Notes under the pieces: generated by a model
What the model was told of the DNA's origin: nothing
What the model saw: the letters and a program-made list of their open reading frames with translations, nothing else
Database searches by the model: none
Part shown: positions 25,230 to 33,990 of the stretch, piece after piece
How positions within the stretch are numbered: the first letter of the stretch is position 1
Layout: every line of letters begins with the position of its first letter
Program-made: the position numbers and the translations under genes
NCBI GenBank assembly: GCA_041601615.1
Contig: JBFIHX010000002.1
Coordinates: forward strand, 224,001 to 288,000
DNA: 64,000 bases
From: Thermoplasmatota archaeon
GTDB lineage: Archaea; Thermoplasmatota; E2; JACPAO01; JAHFTW01
Direction: 5' to 3'

Positions 25230-25910
25230 TTAAGCCTGACTCTCGTCGGATTCCGTGGCTTCTGCCCCGGTTTCCGCCGCGTCGGTGGCTTCGACGTCAT
25301 CGGTTTCGATGACTTCGACAGGTTCGTCGGAGGTGCCGGCGCCCTTCATCTTCTGGCCGTGGGCTTCCTCGGCCACGTGGATCATTTCCTCGACACTGCG
25401 CTCATCGTGGGACACGACGTCGTAGTGGCAGGGCATGGCGATCTTGTTGCTGACCTTGCGCATCGCTTCCTTGGCATGCTCGATGCCGCGTGCGTAGGTG
25501 TGGATGGTGACGATTTCTTGGCCGGCGGCGATGCGGGCGGCGGTGCCGATCGGCTTACCGAATGCGAGGCGCATACCCATGGACACACGGTCAGCACCGG
25601 CACCACTGGCCTGCTTGTTTTGGCGCAGGACGTGGTGGGGGTAGCAGCGGATGTGCAAGTGGTAGTTGTCGCGGCCGAGGTTCTTGTCCAGGTAGCGAAC
25701 GGCGGTGATACGCATCGCTTCAAGGGCAGTGTGGCGGATCTGGCCGCGTTCTTCGGGAACGAGGTGGATGGACACCGGGAAGTCGTGCTTCTGCTTGTTT
25801 CCGGAGTGGAAATGAAGGATGCGCAGACCGGGGACACCGCCCATGTAGGTTCGGCGCGTGTAGGGGCGCTGCGTGATCTTGCGGTACATCCTTGCTGGTA
25901 CGCGTGCCAT
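25230..25910 (-). CDS. rpl10e: 50S ribosomal protein uL16 (L10e) with acidic C-terminal extension
   Basis: MARVPARMYR, ALEAMRI, YPHHVLRQNK, GAGADRVSMGMRLAFGKPIG. Confidence 0.95.
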   Translation of the reverse strand: MARVPARMYRKITQRPYTRRTYMGGVPGLRILHFHSGNKQKHDFPVSIHLVPEERGQIRHTALEAMRITAVRYLDKNLGRDNYHLHIRCYPHHVLRQNKQASGAGADRVSMGMRLAFGKPIGTAARIAAGQEIVTIHTYARGIEHAKEAMRKVSNKIAMPCHYDVVSHDERSVEEMIHVAEEAHGQKMKGAGTSDEPVEVIETDDVEATDAAETGAEATESDESQA

Positions 25911-26043
25911 GGGAGTTCCTCTGAAGTAGGCCGGCCGACATGGGCTCAGTATATCATATTTGCCTGGGTGGACTCGGAGACGAATCTGAGCGTGCGTGCG
26001 TCCATTCGGAGCCATTTCAAGGGGGCGTTGACTGCCAGCGGCC

Positions 26044-26544
26044 ATGGTCGAACTGTTGCAGGTGCTTCGTGCGCTGCACATCCTGTCCGCGATAGCTTGG
26101 GCGGGCGGGGCGGTGTATTCTACTTCTGTGATCCAATCGGCGGTGCGTGCCGGTGGCGTCGGGGCCAAGTTGGAGGCGGCGTTCTATGCGTCGGGGCGCC
26201 ACAGCGTCTTCATGGCGGTGTCGAGCGTTGCGACCATCCTGTTTGGCGGCGCTGTGATGGGCCTTGGCGATTACAGCACCGAGGCAATTGGCTTTGGGGC
26301 GATGGTGATGGGCATGAGCATGACGCTGGCGCTAGGCGCCTTTGGGGTTGGTGTCTTTGGCCACGCTCCCACGGAAAAGAAGCTCAAGCCACTGGCAGGT
26401 AAGTTCTTGGACGGTTCCCTCGAAGCGCCCTCGGAAGGAGAGTACCGGTCGCTCGTGGCCCGCAACCACAAGTTTACCCGGGCGTCCATGGCGCTCATCG
26501 GCTTTGCCATGCTGGGAATGCTGACGTTCCGGATGTTCCTATGA
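26044..26544 (+). CDS. Four-TM membrane protein (DUF2269-like)
   Basis: LHILSAIAWAGG followed by four hydrophobic helices. Confidence 0.7.
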   Translation: MVELLQVLRALHILSAIAWAGGAVYSTSVIQSAVRAGGVGAKLEAAFYASGRHSVFMAVSSVATILFGGAVMGLGDYSTEAIGFGAMVMGMSMTLALGAFGVGVFGHAPTEKKLKPLAGKFLDGSLEAPSEGEYRSLVARNHKFTRASMALIGFAMLGMLTFRMFL

Positions 26545-27155
26545 AAGCGGGAGACTTGTTCGATGACTGGGCCCGCAAGGGTCGCGCCGAGGGCATGGAA
26601 AAGGGCCATGGACAAACCGCGGCCCCCCTGTTGCACGCGCTCCCCATTGCGGCCGGCTCGCGGTTCTTGGATCTAGGCTGCGGCAACGGCTGGGCGGCCC
26701 GCTGGGCCCGCGATCAAGGTGCAGAGGTCTGCGGCATCGATGCAAGTGCCGAGATGGTCGAGCGTGCGGCAAGTGCGGCGCCCGAGGGAGACTTTCGGCA
26801 AGGGGACTTTGCAGCACTTCCGTGGCGGGCGGGCTCTTTTGCCACGGTTTGGAGCATGGAAGCCGTGTACTACGCGCCGGATCCCGACGCGGTCCTTGGC
26901 GAAGTTTCTCGCGTGCTTGCTCCTGGCGGCGCGTTCCACATGCTCATCGATTTCTACGGCGAGAACCCCGATAGCCACTCTTGGCCAACAGATGTAGGTG
27001 TTTCCATGGCGCTGCGCTCCGAGGCCGAATGGGTCGCCGCGTTCGAGGCGGCAGGGCTCGTGGACGTTCGCGCCGAGCGACTGCGTGCCACCGACCCCGA
27101 CGCCGAGGCGTGGAAGCGGGAGCAAGGCACCTTGTACGTTACCGGCTCCCGCTGA
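26541..27155 (+). CDS. Class I SAM-dependent methyltransferase
   Basis: LDLGCGNGW, GIDAS, RVLAPGG; ATGA overlap with the upstream gene. Confidence 0.88.
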   Translation: MKAGDLFDDWARKGRAEGMEKGHGQTAAPLLHALPIAAGSRFLDLGCGNGWAARWARDQGAEVCGIDASAEMVERAASAAPEGDFRQGDFAALPWRAGSFATVWSMEAVYYAPDPDAVLGEVSRVLAPGGAFHMLIDFYGENPDSHSWPTDVGVSMALRSEAEWVAAFEAAGLVDVRAERLRATDPDAEAWKREQGTLYVTGSR

Positions 27156-27414
27156 TCCGCAAGGCGGCACTCCAAAATCCTCCATTCTCTTTCCTCCCCT
27201 GTGCGTAAGCGGCAGCCTCACAACAACAAGGCCACCAAGGCCGCTCAGCGCATTGACTACACCGTCGGCGATGAGGACCAAAAACCGAAGGCGCGGCCGA
27301 AGGGCAGGTCTATCGGAGGCCCTTGGATTCGGAAGAAGAAATAAGCGCGCGCTAGGCTTCGAATTTTGAATCACAGGTGCGCCCCGGTGGGCGGGGCATC
27401 AGATGTGGGGTAGT

Positions 27415-27496
27415 GGCTAACGACTCGAACTGACCAGCCGCTCGCGGAGCAAGCCTGCGAGCACAGCGAGTAGTCGGGTTGAGTGACTTGTTAGCG
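27415..27496 (-). mobile_element. attC-like integron recombination site
   Basis: Minus strand: CGCTAAC-AAGTC-ACTCAACC-CGAC...GTCAGTTCGAGTC-GTTAGCC. This gives an inverse core, 5-bp spacer, L box, imperfect palindrome and GTT core in 82 bp, 40 bp downstream of the ORF stop. Confidence 0.7.
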
Positions 27497-27536
27497 CGCA
27501 ACCGTTTGCCAGGCGGAATCATCTGCTAAGGTTAGG

Positions 27537-28115
27537 CTATGGGGTTGCGATAGCTTCCATTCCGACTAGTGCTAGCGAAGCAACGGCGTAGATCAGCGGG
27601 AGCATGTCTGCGGCGGCTTCATATAGACGTTCTAGGCGCCGCAAAAGTCCCGTCGTCCATTTTGTTTCATCACGAAGCTTCTTAATTTCGTCTTCCGTGA
27701 ATGACTTGAACAGTTCGGGGTTTTGTTTCTCGACCCGGCCAAGAAGAGATTCGAACGCGTCCTTCTTGAGGTCGTCTGGCAACGTGCCCACGTGCATTTG
27801 GAGTGACTGAAAGGACTCCTCGGATTGAACTGCACTTTTCAGAGAAGCCGCAATGTCGGAGCTGCGGGCTTGAACCCTGAGAATCCTTAACGCCAGAATG
27901 TATAGAAAACCGTACACCAAAATGGCTGCAGCCAGCGCGGCAAGGAGTCGTACATTTTCGTATTCTGGGACACGAAGGAGGCCGAAAAGGAGTCCCTCTG
28001 GCCATGCCCCAATCCATCCAAGGAGCAACAACGCCGTAGTTGAAGCAACAAGGTAGCGGCGCATGGACCGAAACCGCAGGAATTGGGGGGTTTCCCAGGA
28101 CACAAGAAAGCTCAC
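27537..28115 (-). CDS. Hypothetical membrane protein, putative integron cassette gene (start GTG 28115 or ATG 28064)
   Basis: Two N-terminal TM segments and one C-terminal TM segment; visibly lower GC than neighbours; bounded by complementary core sites. Confidence 0.65.
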   Translation of the reverse strand: MSFLVSWETPQFLRFRSMRRYLVASTTALLLLGWIGAWPEGLLFGLLRVPEYENVRLLAALAAAILVYGFLYILALRILRVQARSSDIAASLKSAVQSEESFQSLQMHVGTLPDDLKKDAFESLLGRVEKQNPELFKSFTEDEIKKLRDETKWTTGLLRRLERLYEAAADMLPLIYAVASLALVGMEAIATP

Positions 28116-28157
28116 GGGCAAAGAGTATATCGTGGTGGTGGCGCCAACTGCATGACC

Positions 28158-28179
28158 GCGCGCTAACAAAATATTGAGA
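28158..28179 (-). mobile_element. attI-like or secondary integration site at the cassette 5' end
   Basis: Minus strand TCTCAAT-ATTTT-GTTAGCGCGC. The core is the exact 10-bp complement of the attC inverse core GCGCGCTAAC (27490-27499). Confidence 0.55.
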
Positions 28180-28291
28180 CGCCCTGATGGGGGCCGGGAG
28201 AACGCGCAGCATTCTTGCGGCCAGGGAGGCCCGAAGGGCCGAGCGGACCTTCGGGGTGTTTGACGAACTCGCCGTAGGCGAGGGAGGAAAA

Positions 28292-28364
28292 CGCCCCGAT
28301 GGGGATTTGAACCCCAGTCGACGCCGTGACAGGGCATCATGATAGGCCACTACACTATCGGGGC
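28292..28364 (-). tRNA. tRNA-Asp(GTC), downstream copy
   Basis: GCCCCGATAGTGTAGTGGCCTATCATGATGCCCTGTCACGGCGTCGACTGGGGTTCAAATCCCCATCGGGGCG; cloverleaf with anticodon GTC. Confidence 0.95.
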
Positions 28365-28492
28365 TGGTGGCAAGGGCACTCAATGAGCGCCCCGATGGGC
28401 GGCGGCAAAAGCCAGAGGTTTTTGCCGGCGAGCGAGGTCAGAAAGTCGAACGGGCCTTCTGATTTGGTTGGCTTGCCAACGGCAGGCCAGAG

Positions 28493-28565
28493 CGCCCCGA
28501 TGGGGATTTGAACCCCAGTCGACGCCGTGACAGGGCATCATGATAGGCCACTACACTATCGGGGC
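28493..28565 (-). tRNA. tRNA-Asp(GTC), upstream identical copy
   Basis: Sequence identical to 28292-28364. Confidence 0.95.
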
Positions 28566-28679
28566 GGGCGGTGCGAGTGCGACGGCGGAAGGGACGGACC
28601 GCGATGGGCCGGCTTCCGTGTCTCCGTCTGCTGGGTCGGGCCAAACCGAAGTTTGACCCTCATGGAACGCTGTCCACGA

Positions 28680-28753
28680 TGGGTCCGGCCAGATTCGAAC
28701 TGGCGATCTTCGCCGTGTGAAGGCGACGTCATAACCGACTAGACCACGGACCC
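28680..28753 (-). tRNA. tRNA-Val(CAC)
   Basis: GGGTCCGTGGTCTAGTCGGTTATGACGTCGCCTTCACACGGCGAAGATCGCCAGTTCGAATCTGGCCGGACCCA; anticodon CAC. Confidence 0.95.
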
Positions 28754-28961
28754 TTTCGGCGGGGAGAATCCCCTCCTTCCCAGTCGGGTACGGCGCCGAC
28801 CCTGGAGGTGTATTTTAGGATTGCGAGGCGTGGGTCGATGCCAGATGCTTGATTCTTGAGGGCGATGCGGTTGGAAAAAAGGGCAGAATGGGCGACATAG
28901 GCGGGATAGGTGGGAGAGGTGGGGGGCGGAGGTGGGGGAGGATGGTCTGGGGGGGCTGGGC

Positions 28962-30983
28962 CTAGATGGGAGGGAATTCGTCTTGGATGCACACGAGGCT
29001 TCGCGAATACCACGCACTGGGGTCGCTACCGGTTTCCACTTCGCGGCTGTCGCTGCATCCGTCCCCATCGGTGTCGGCCTTGGTTGGATCGGTGCCGTGG
29101 ACGAAGACTTCGTCGCCGTCTGTGAGCCCGTCGCCGTCTGTGTCGGGATGGGTGGGATTTGAGCCATATCCGAAGATCTCGTCGCCGTCTCGCAGCCCAT
29201 CGCCGTCGGTGTCGCTGTTGTTGGGGTCCGTGCCGAAGGCAAACAGCTCGTTTCTATCGTTTATGCCATCATCATCCGTGTCGGCCTTCGTCGGGTCCGT
29301 GCCGTGGGTGAAGATTTCGTCCGGGTCAGACAGGCGGTCAGAGTCGGTATCAGCAAGGAATGGTGCGGTGCCATAGATGGCAACTTCGTCGTAATCAGAA
29401 AGAGTGTCGCCATCCGTGTCCCGATTCCGAGGGTTGGAGGAGTGAAGATAAATTTCCTCCCAGTCACCGAGGCCGTCCCCATCTGTGTCCGGGTTGGTGG
29501 GGTCGGTGCCTCGATCAAACTCTTGTCGGTCGTTGAGGCCGTCGCCGTCCGTGTCGTACAGCAGCGGCGAGGAAGTCAGTTGAAGGTGCTCTTTGCCGTC
29601 GCTGAGCCCGTCGCCGTCTGTGTCGGGCCGGAACGGATTTGTTCCGATTTGGGTTTCGAGCCCGTCCTTCAGCAAGTCATTGTCCGTGTCGGGATGCCAA
29701 GGGCTGGTGCCCAAGGCAACTTCCTGCCCGTCCAAGAGGCCATCGTTGTCCATGTCTGGGTTCAAGGGGTAGAAGCCACGGGCCACTTCCACACCGTCGG
29801 ACAATCCGTCGCTGTCTGAATCGACCTTGAGTGGGTTGGTGCCGTGCAGTGCATATTCCTCGTAGTCAGAAAGGTTGTCCTCGTCGGTATCGGCAGCTCT
29901 GGGGTCTGTTCCGATTCGGGCCTCAAGTCTGTCTGCGAGTCCGTCCTCGTCGCTGTCTGGGGCGTAGATGGTCACGGCGCCGCCTTTCCCTATACTGGTC
30001 ACGACGTATCCGTCCACGGTCAGTTCAATGTGGGAGACGTGGTCGCTCAGTCCTCTGGGAAGCATCCCTTCGCGCAGGTCGATCCATTCTCCATTCTGTA
30101 CGGTTGCGTGGACCACTCGACGATGGTAGTTGTCTGGCAAGACCTCTCCGACGAGCGCAAAGGAGTCTGCATCCAGGTCCATATCGACCACGTGAACGTC
30201 TGCAGAGTCGCTCCAAAGAAGGCGAGTGGATTCCGCCCACCCTGCGGCTTGGTCAAAGAAACCAACCACGGTGTCGCCCGCCTCTGTCCAAGTTGCTACA
30301 AGGGAGCCTTCAAAAATGGCCATTTGGGGGTGGAATCCGGAAGAGGCGGCCGGCGCCGGAATGCTGTGCGTCGTGACGAATTTGATGCCGTGGATTCGCA
30401 TCATGTCGATGCGGTCGCCGGAATTGACTGCGATTACACCTGCGTCGGCGGCGGCGTAGGTTCCAGGAACGGTGTAGAAGTGGGGGCCATTGCCTTTGAG
30501 GTTGGCAAGAAGCACTCGGGGGTTGAGGTCGGAATTGATGGCGAGGACAATGGTGTCGCCGTCTGCGTCCACTGTTTTCACGGTCTCTCCCGGTGCGAGG
30601 TCCAGATTGTAGGATGTTGTGCCCTTTGCATCGAATAGGGTGAGTGCATCGCCGGCGGTGACGAGACGGCCGTCGTCGAGATCGATGGCATCGGGGTGGT
30701 GTAGAAACACAATCTCGGATGACTGCCAGACTTTCTCGGTCGGTTCCAGTCGGTAGCGGAAAATGGATGCCGTCCCCTGGCTCAGGACCACCATCTCGTC
30801 ATCCTCGATGACAACGTCCACGCCGAAGCGGCCGTCGTTGAAGGAATAATCCACACCCTCGTATTGGTCGAAACCCAAAGCGGATTGGAACGTGGATTCG
30901 GTTTCGGCTTGAACCTGTGTGGCGGTGGCGAGGGCAAGTAGGGCGATGAGTGGGAGCCAACGCAAGAATGTTGAATGTGCCAT
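28962..30983 (-). CDS. Secreted protein: beta-rich N-terminal domain plus 14 tandem Ca-binding D-x-D-x-D-G-L-x-D-x-x-E...G-T-x-P repeats
   Basis: MAHSTFLRWLPLIALLALATATQVQA signal peptide; 14 repeats of 22-23 aa (TSP3-like) in the C-terminal half. Confidence 0.82.
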   Translation of the reverse strand: MAHSTFLRWLPLIALLALATATQVQAETESTFQSALGFDQYEGVDYSFNDGRFGVDVVIEDDEMVVLSQGTASIFRYRLEPTEKVWQSSEIVFLHHPDAIDLDDGRLVTAGDALTLFDAKGTTSYNLDLAPGETVKTVDADGDTIVLAINSDLNPRVLLANLKGNGPHFYTVPGTYAAADAGVIAVNSGDRIDMMRIHGIKFVTTHSIPAPAASSGFHPQMAIFEGSLVATWTEAGDTVVGFFDQAAGWAESTRLLWSDSADVHVVDMDLDADSFALVGEVLPDNYHRRVVHATVQNGEWIDLREGMLPRGLSDHVSHIELTVDGYVVTSIGKGGAVTIYAPDSDEDGLADRLEARIGTDPRAADTDEDNLSDYEEYALHGTNPLKVDSDSDGLSDGVEVARGFYPLNPDMDNDGLLDGQEVALGTSPWHPDTDNDLLKDGLETQIGTNPFRPDTDGDGLSDGKEHLQLTSSPLLYDTDGDGLNDRQEFDRGTDPTNPDTDGDGLGDWEEIYLHSSNPRNRDTDGDTLSDYDEVAIYGTAPFLADTDSDRLSDPDEIFTHGTDPTKADTDDDGINDRNELFAFGTDPNNSDTDGDGLRDGDEIFGYGSNPTHPDTDGDGLTDGDEVFVHGTDPTKADTDGDGCSDSREVETGSDPSAWYSRSLVCIQDEFPPI

Positions 30984-31187
30984 GGGCAAGGGGCACTCCT
31001 GGCGGGGATTAAGGATGTGTGGGGAATGAACGCTGTAGCACAACAGTAGCCAGAAGGATGGTGCAGACCTTGACTCGGTTTGGGGTTTGCAATAGCTGAT
31101 GGCAGGGGTTGGGAAATCGAGGCTAGGCTTTCGGCCTGCACCATCGGCATCCAACAAGTCCTTGGTTTCTGGAGTCCTTTGGGCCTC

Positions 31188-31523
31188 ATGCGATTTCTTA
31201 CGCTGTCCATGCTCGCCGTCGTCGTTCTTGGCGTTCCCGTAGGTGCGGCGGAGCCCACGGAGGCTCCGTTGTGCCTCACGCTCCCGCAAAGCCAGGAACT
31301 TGAAGTCTCTGCAAACGAGTACACCATCATCGCGACTGGCCCTTCCGATTGGGGCGCTTGCGTTGATGAAGGCGAAGTTGTGATTTTCGTCGGCATGGGG
31401 TGCCGCATCATCATCAGTTCGGAAGAGGGAGTGATTCTGGATGTGGACGTGGCCACCTTCGCGCAGGACCCGGTCGGAGAGACGGAGCGAATCCTAGACG
31501 ATCTAGCAAACAACCCGCCGTAA
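31188..31523 (+). CDS. Small secreted acidic protein (hypothetical)
   Basis: MRFLTLSMLAVVVLGVPVGA signal peptide, three Cys. Confidence 0.6.
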   Translation: MRFLTLSMLAVVVLGVPVGAAEPTEAPLCLTLPQSQELEVSANEYTIIATGPSDWGACVDEGEVVIFVGMGCRIIISSEEGVILDVDVATFAQDPVGETERILDDLANNPP

Positions 31524-31773
31524 ATCGGCTGCGGGGGCGATGCCTGCGAGATATCGCCTTGCCGGGAATTGGTGGATTGGAGTGGAAAAATAGCACGCGC
31601 CGCCAAATTTTGGGCCAATGGCTACAAGCCGCAGAGGTTCCAAGGGGGTGGTCGGTATGGGGTGGGGGCGCGTGCCATATGTGGCATTGGGCCCCTAGAC
31701 ATGGTCTTATTGGAGCAAACCCCGGCATTAAGGCAAACCTAAACTTTGGCTGGGTGCCGGCGGGGGCGCGGTT

Positions 31774-32358
31774 TCAGTCCTTTTTCTGGAAGAGACTGGG
31801 CAAATGGATGACGTAGGCGCCGTCCTTGTGCACGACAATGGGGTTGCGCTCCAGTAGGCCCTTGACGTCGATGTTGTAGGAGCCAGGCTTGTCGATGGAG
31901 ACGGTGTCTGGTTTCGGGGCCTCGCCTCGTGCAGCATCCCGTTCCTGTTCTACGCGTTGGCGGGCGGCCTGTGCACGCGCTACTGCCTCGGGGTCCGGCT
32001 CTGGCTCAGCCTCCCAGTGGATGTCGCGGCCGCTGGGGGTGCCGGGGGCGGGCTCCTGTTTTTTTGCCTCGGCTTTGGCTTGGCTGACGAGTCGCCGAAT
32101 GTCGCGGGGCTTGATCTGCGCCCAGCCATCTCCGTCGCTTGGCAGGTCCTTGATTTCGGGTGCCGCTTCTTGCAGCATATCCGCAACGACTTGGCGGATG
32201 TCCTTCTGGGCTTTGTCTGCAATATTTTGCCGCTCAGCCTCGTCCACGGCCTCTTTGGCGTAGAAAAAGCGTGTGCCCTTGCATTCGGGGCAGCCCTTCA
32301 GGAGCGCGCTGCTGCCTTCCTCGAAGCTGAAGCCGCAAGAGAGGCACTGATGCGGCAT
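31774..32358 (-). CDS. oapC: Zn-ribbon protein OapC/ArvC (DUF2072)
   Basis: MPHQCLSCG...LLKGCPECKGTRFFY and PGSYNIDV...DGAYVIHL; third gene of the GTPase-DUF2073-Zn ribbon cluster. Confidence 0.85.
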   Translation of the reverse strand: MPHQCLSCGFSFEEGSSALLKGCPECKGTRFFYAKEAVDEAERQNIADKAQKDIRQVVADMLQEAAPEIKDLPSDGDGWAQIKPRDIRRLVSQAKAEAKKQEPAPGTPSGRDIHWEAEPEPDPEAVARAQAARQRVEQERDAARGEAPKPDTVSIDKPGSYNIDVKGLLERNPIVVHKDGAYVIHLPSLFQKKD

Positions 32359-32520
32359 CAGGCCTCACATCCGTTCGGCCTGCCGCCGCACAGGCACCGA
32401 GGCGTACTCCGTCCGCCTCGCCGTTGGTGTGGCATCAGGCCTCACATCCGTTCGGCCTGCCGCCGCACAGGCACCGAGGCGTACTCCGTCCGCCTCGCCG
32501 TTGGTGTGGCATCAGGCCTC
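32354..32520. repeat. Perfect 77-bp tandem repeat (2 copies + 13 bp) between oapB and oapC
   Basis: Unit GGCATCAGGCCTCACATCC...CGCCGTTGGTGT starts at 32354 and 32431, with a partial copy at 32508. Confidence 0.95.
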
Positions 32521-32525
32521 GGTGC

Positions 32526-32969
32526 TCACGCGTCCGCTCCCTTGCCGACGATCTTGGTGACGATCTTTTCGTTGTCCTTGCTCACCAGCCGCAAAAGGTT
32601 GGCAGGGCCGATGACCGCCATGCGGGGGCGGGGGCCGCCCATGACGACGCGTTGCAGAACGTTGCGGCCGTGGTCCATGCCATAGGATTGCAATTCGATG
32701 CCGATGAACGATTCTTGGTCGATCTCGCGCATCGTCTGCGTGATCAGTTCCGCTTCCTCTTGCGGCGTGAGTCCCCGCTCCAGGATCAAGATCTTGCCTT
32801 GTTCAACCTCGTCGAGGATGAAGCGAATCTTGTCCATGGTCTCCATGGATTCGATCTTCTCGGCGCTGATCAAGTGAATGTCAGGGACTGCCGTGGCCAT
32901 TGCGGTCGCAGCGGCGACGGTAGCGGCAGTGGCGGTGGCTTGCGAGCTCCGGTTCTTGTTTTTGCCCAT
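32526..32969 (-). CDS. oapB: OapB/ArvB (DUF2073) protein
   Basis: MDKIRFILDEV, ILERGLTPQEEAELI, FIGIE, VIGPAN; GGTGA RBS upstream. Confidence 0.85.
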   Translation of the reverse strand: MGKNKNRSSQATATAATVAAATAMATAVPDIHLISAEKIESMETMDKIRFILDEVEQGKILILERGLTPQEEAELITQTMREIDQESFIGIELQSYGMDHGRNVLQRVVMGGPRPRMAVIGPANLLRLVSKDNEKIVTKIVGKGADA

Positions 32970-32973
32970 GAGA

Positions 32974-33615
32974 TCACCGGAAGTGCTTCGCCATCACTTC
33001 GTAGAGGGCGTCCATGTTCGTGCCCTCGCCGGCACTCAACGGCACCACAGGGTGCTGCGGGAACGCCGACTTGAGGGTCGCGGGGCTGGCTTCAGGAAGG
33101 TCGATTTTGTTGGCGACGATGACCACCGGCAGGCGGCGGGCTTCCAGGTTGCCTAGGATTGTGACGTTGACTTGGGTAAACGGATCTTCTGCGGAGTCCA
33201 TCACAAGCAACACGCCGTCCACTTCGTCAAGCCAGCGAATGGCTTCGATGACACCCTCGGTTGCTTCCTTGGCGCGGCGGCGGGCTTCTGCCTCTTCCAT
33301 GCCGTGGCTTTCTACGAATTCGTGGAAGTCGATCTGGGTGGCGACACCGGGTGTGTCGATGATGTCGATGTGGAGCTTCGCGTTGCCGCTGCGCAGGTCA
33401 ATGTCCTGCTTTTTGCGCACGCGGCGCGTCTCGTGGGCGATCGGGCTTGCGCTCCCGACGGTCTCGCCCGTGAAGTCACGGCTGATGCGGTTTGCGAGCG
33501 TTGTCTTGCCGGCGTTGGGGGGCCCGTAGATGCCAATACGAGCGTGCTTTTTCCCAAACGCCTTGCCAAGCCAACGGCCGAGGCTCCACTGTTGGACCAG
33601 TTGCGTCAGACCCAT
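32974..33615 (-). CDS. oapA: Era-like GTPase OapA/ArvA
   Basis: IGIYGPPNAGKTTLANRI, HETRR, DTPG, QVNVTILGN, ANKID. Confidence 0.88.
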   Translation of the reverse strand: MGLTQLVQQWSLGRWLGKAFGKKHARIGIYGPPNAGKTTLANRISRDFTGETVGSASPIAHETRRVRKKQDIDLRSGNAKLHIDIIDTPGVATQIDFHEFVESHGMEEAEARRRAKEATEGVIEAIRWLDEVDGVLLVMDSAEDPFTQVNVTILGNLEARRLPVVIVANKIDLPEASPATLKSAFPQHPVVPLSAGEGTNMDALYEVMAKHFR

Positions 33616-33990
33616 GGCAGAGCCTCCGCTTCGCTGCATCCCATCCGATTCCAAGAAGCCGGCCTGGGTTGATGAAACCTTGCGTACTGTCGGGCCGCTT
33701 CTGGTGCCATGGTGGTGCGTGGGCGTGGCCGGTGTCTAGCTGCGTGCGGGTTGAAATGGCTGTTTGTAACCAAAACTGACTTGTTGCAGAACCAAATGGT
33801 TGCGTGGTCGCCCGTGGGGGGAACCTACTGACGGCCCGCCGCCCAGGCGCTGTATCTCCTGCGGTCGTACCTGCAACCTGGTGTTTGGGCGGCGTTATCT
33901 GAATGTGATGGGGGCTCCGGTGGGCCCGAGGGGGGTGGTTGATTAGTCGGCGGCCACATTCCTTCGATGAGGCGCGGGGACTTTGCGTGG

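Noticed and set aside
27201-27344. 47-aa basic + strand mini-ORF (GTG CGT AAG...AAG AAA TAA)
   Set aside because: Too short, no recognisable motif; may be a remnant.
29000-29960. Periodic DNA repeats as CRISPR or satellite
   Set aside because: Explained by the protein-coding Ca-binding repeats.
32354-32520. CRISPR array
   Set aside because: Head-to-tail identical 77-bp units with no unique spacers; no cas genes in the window.
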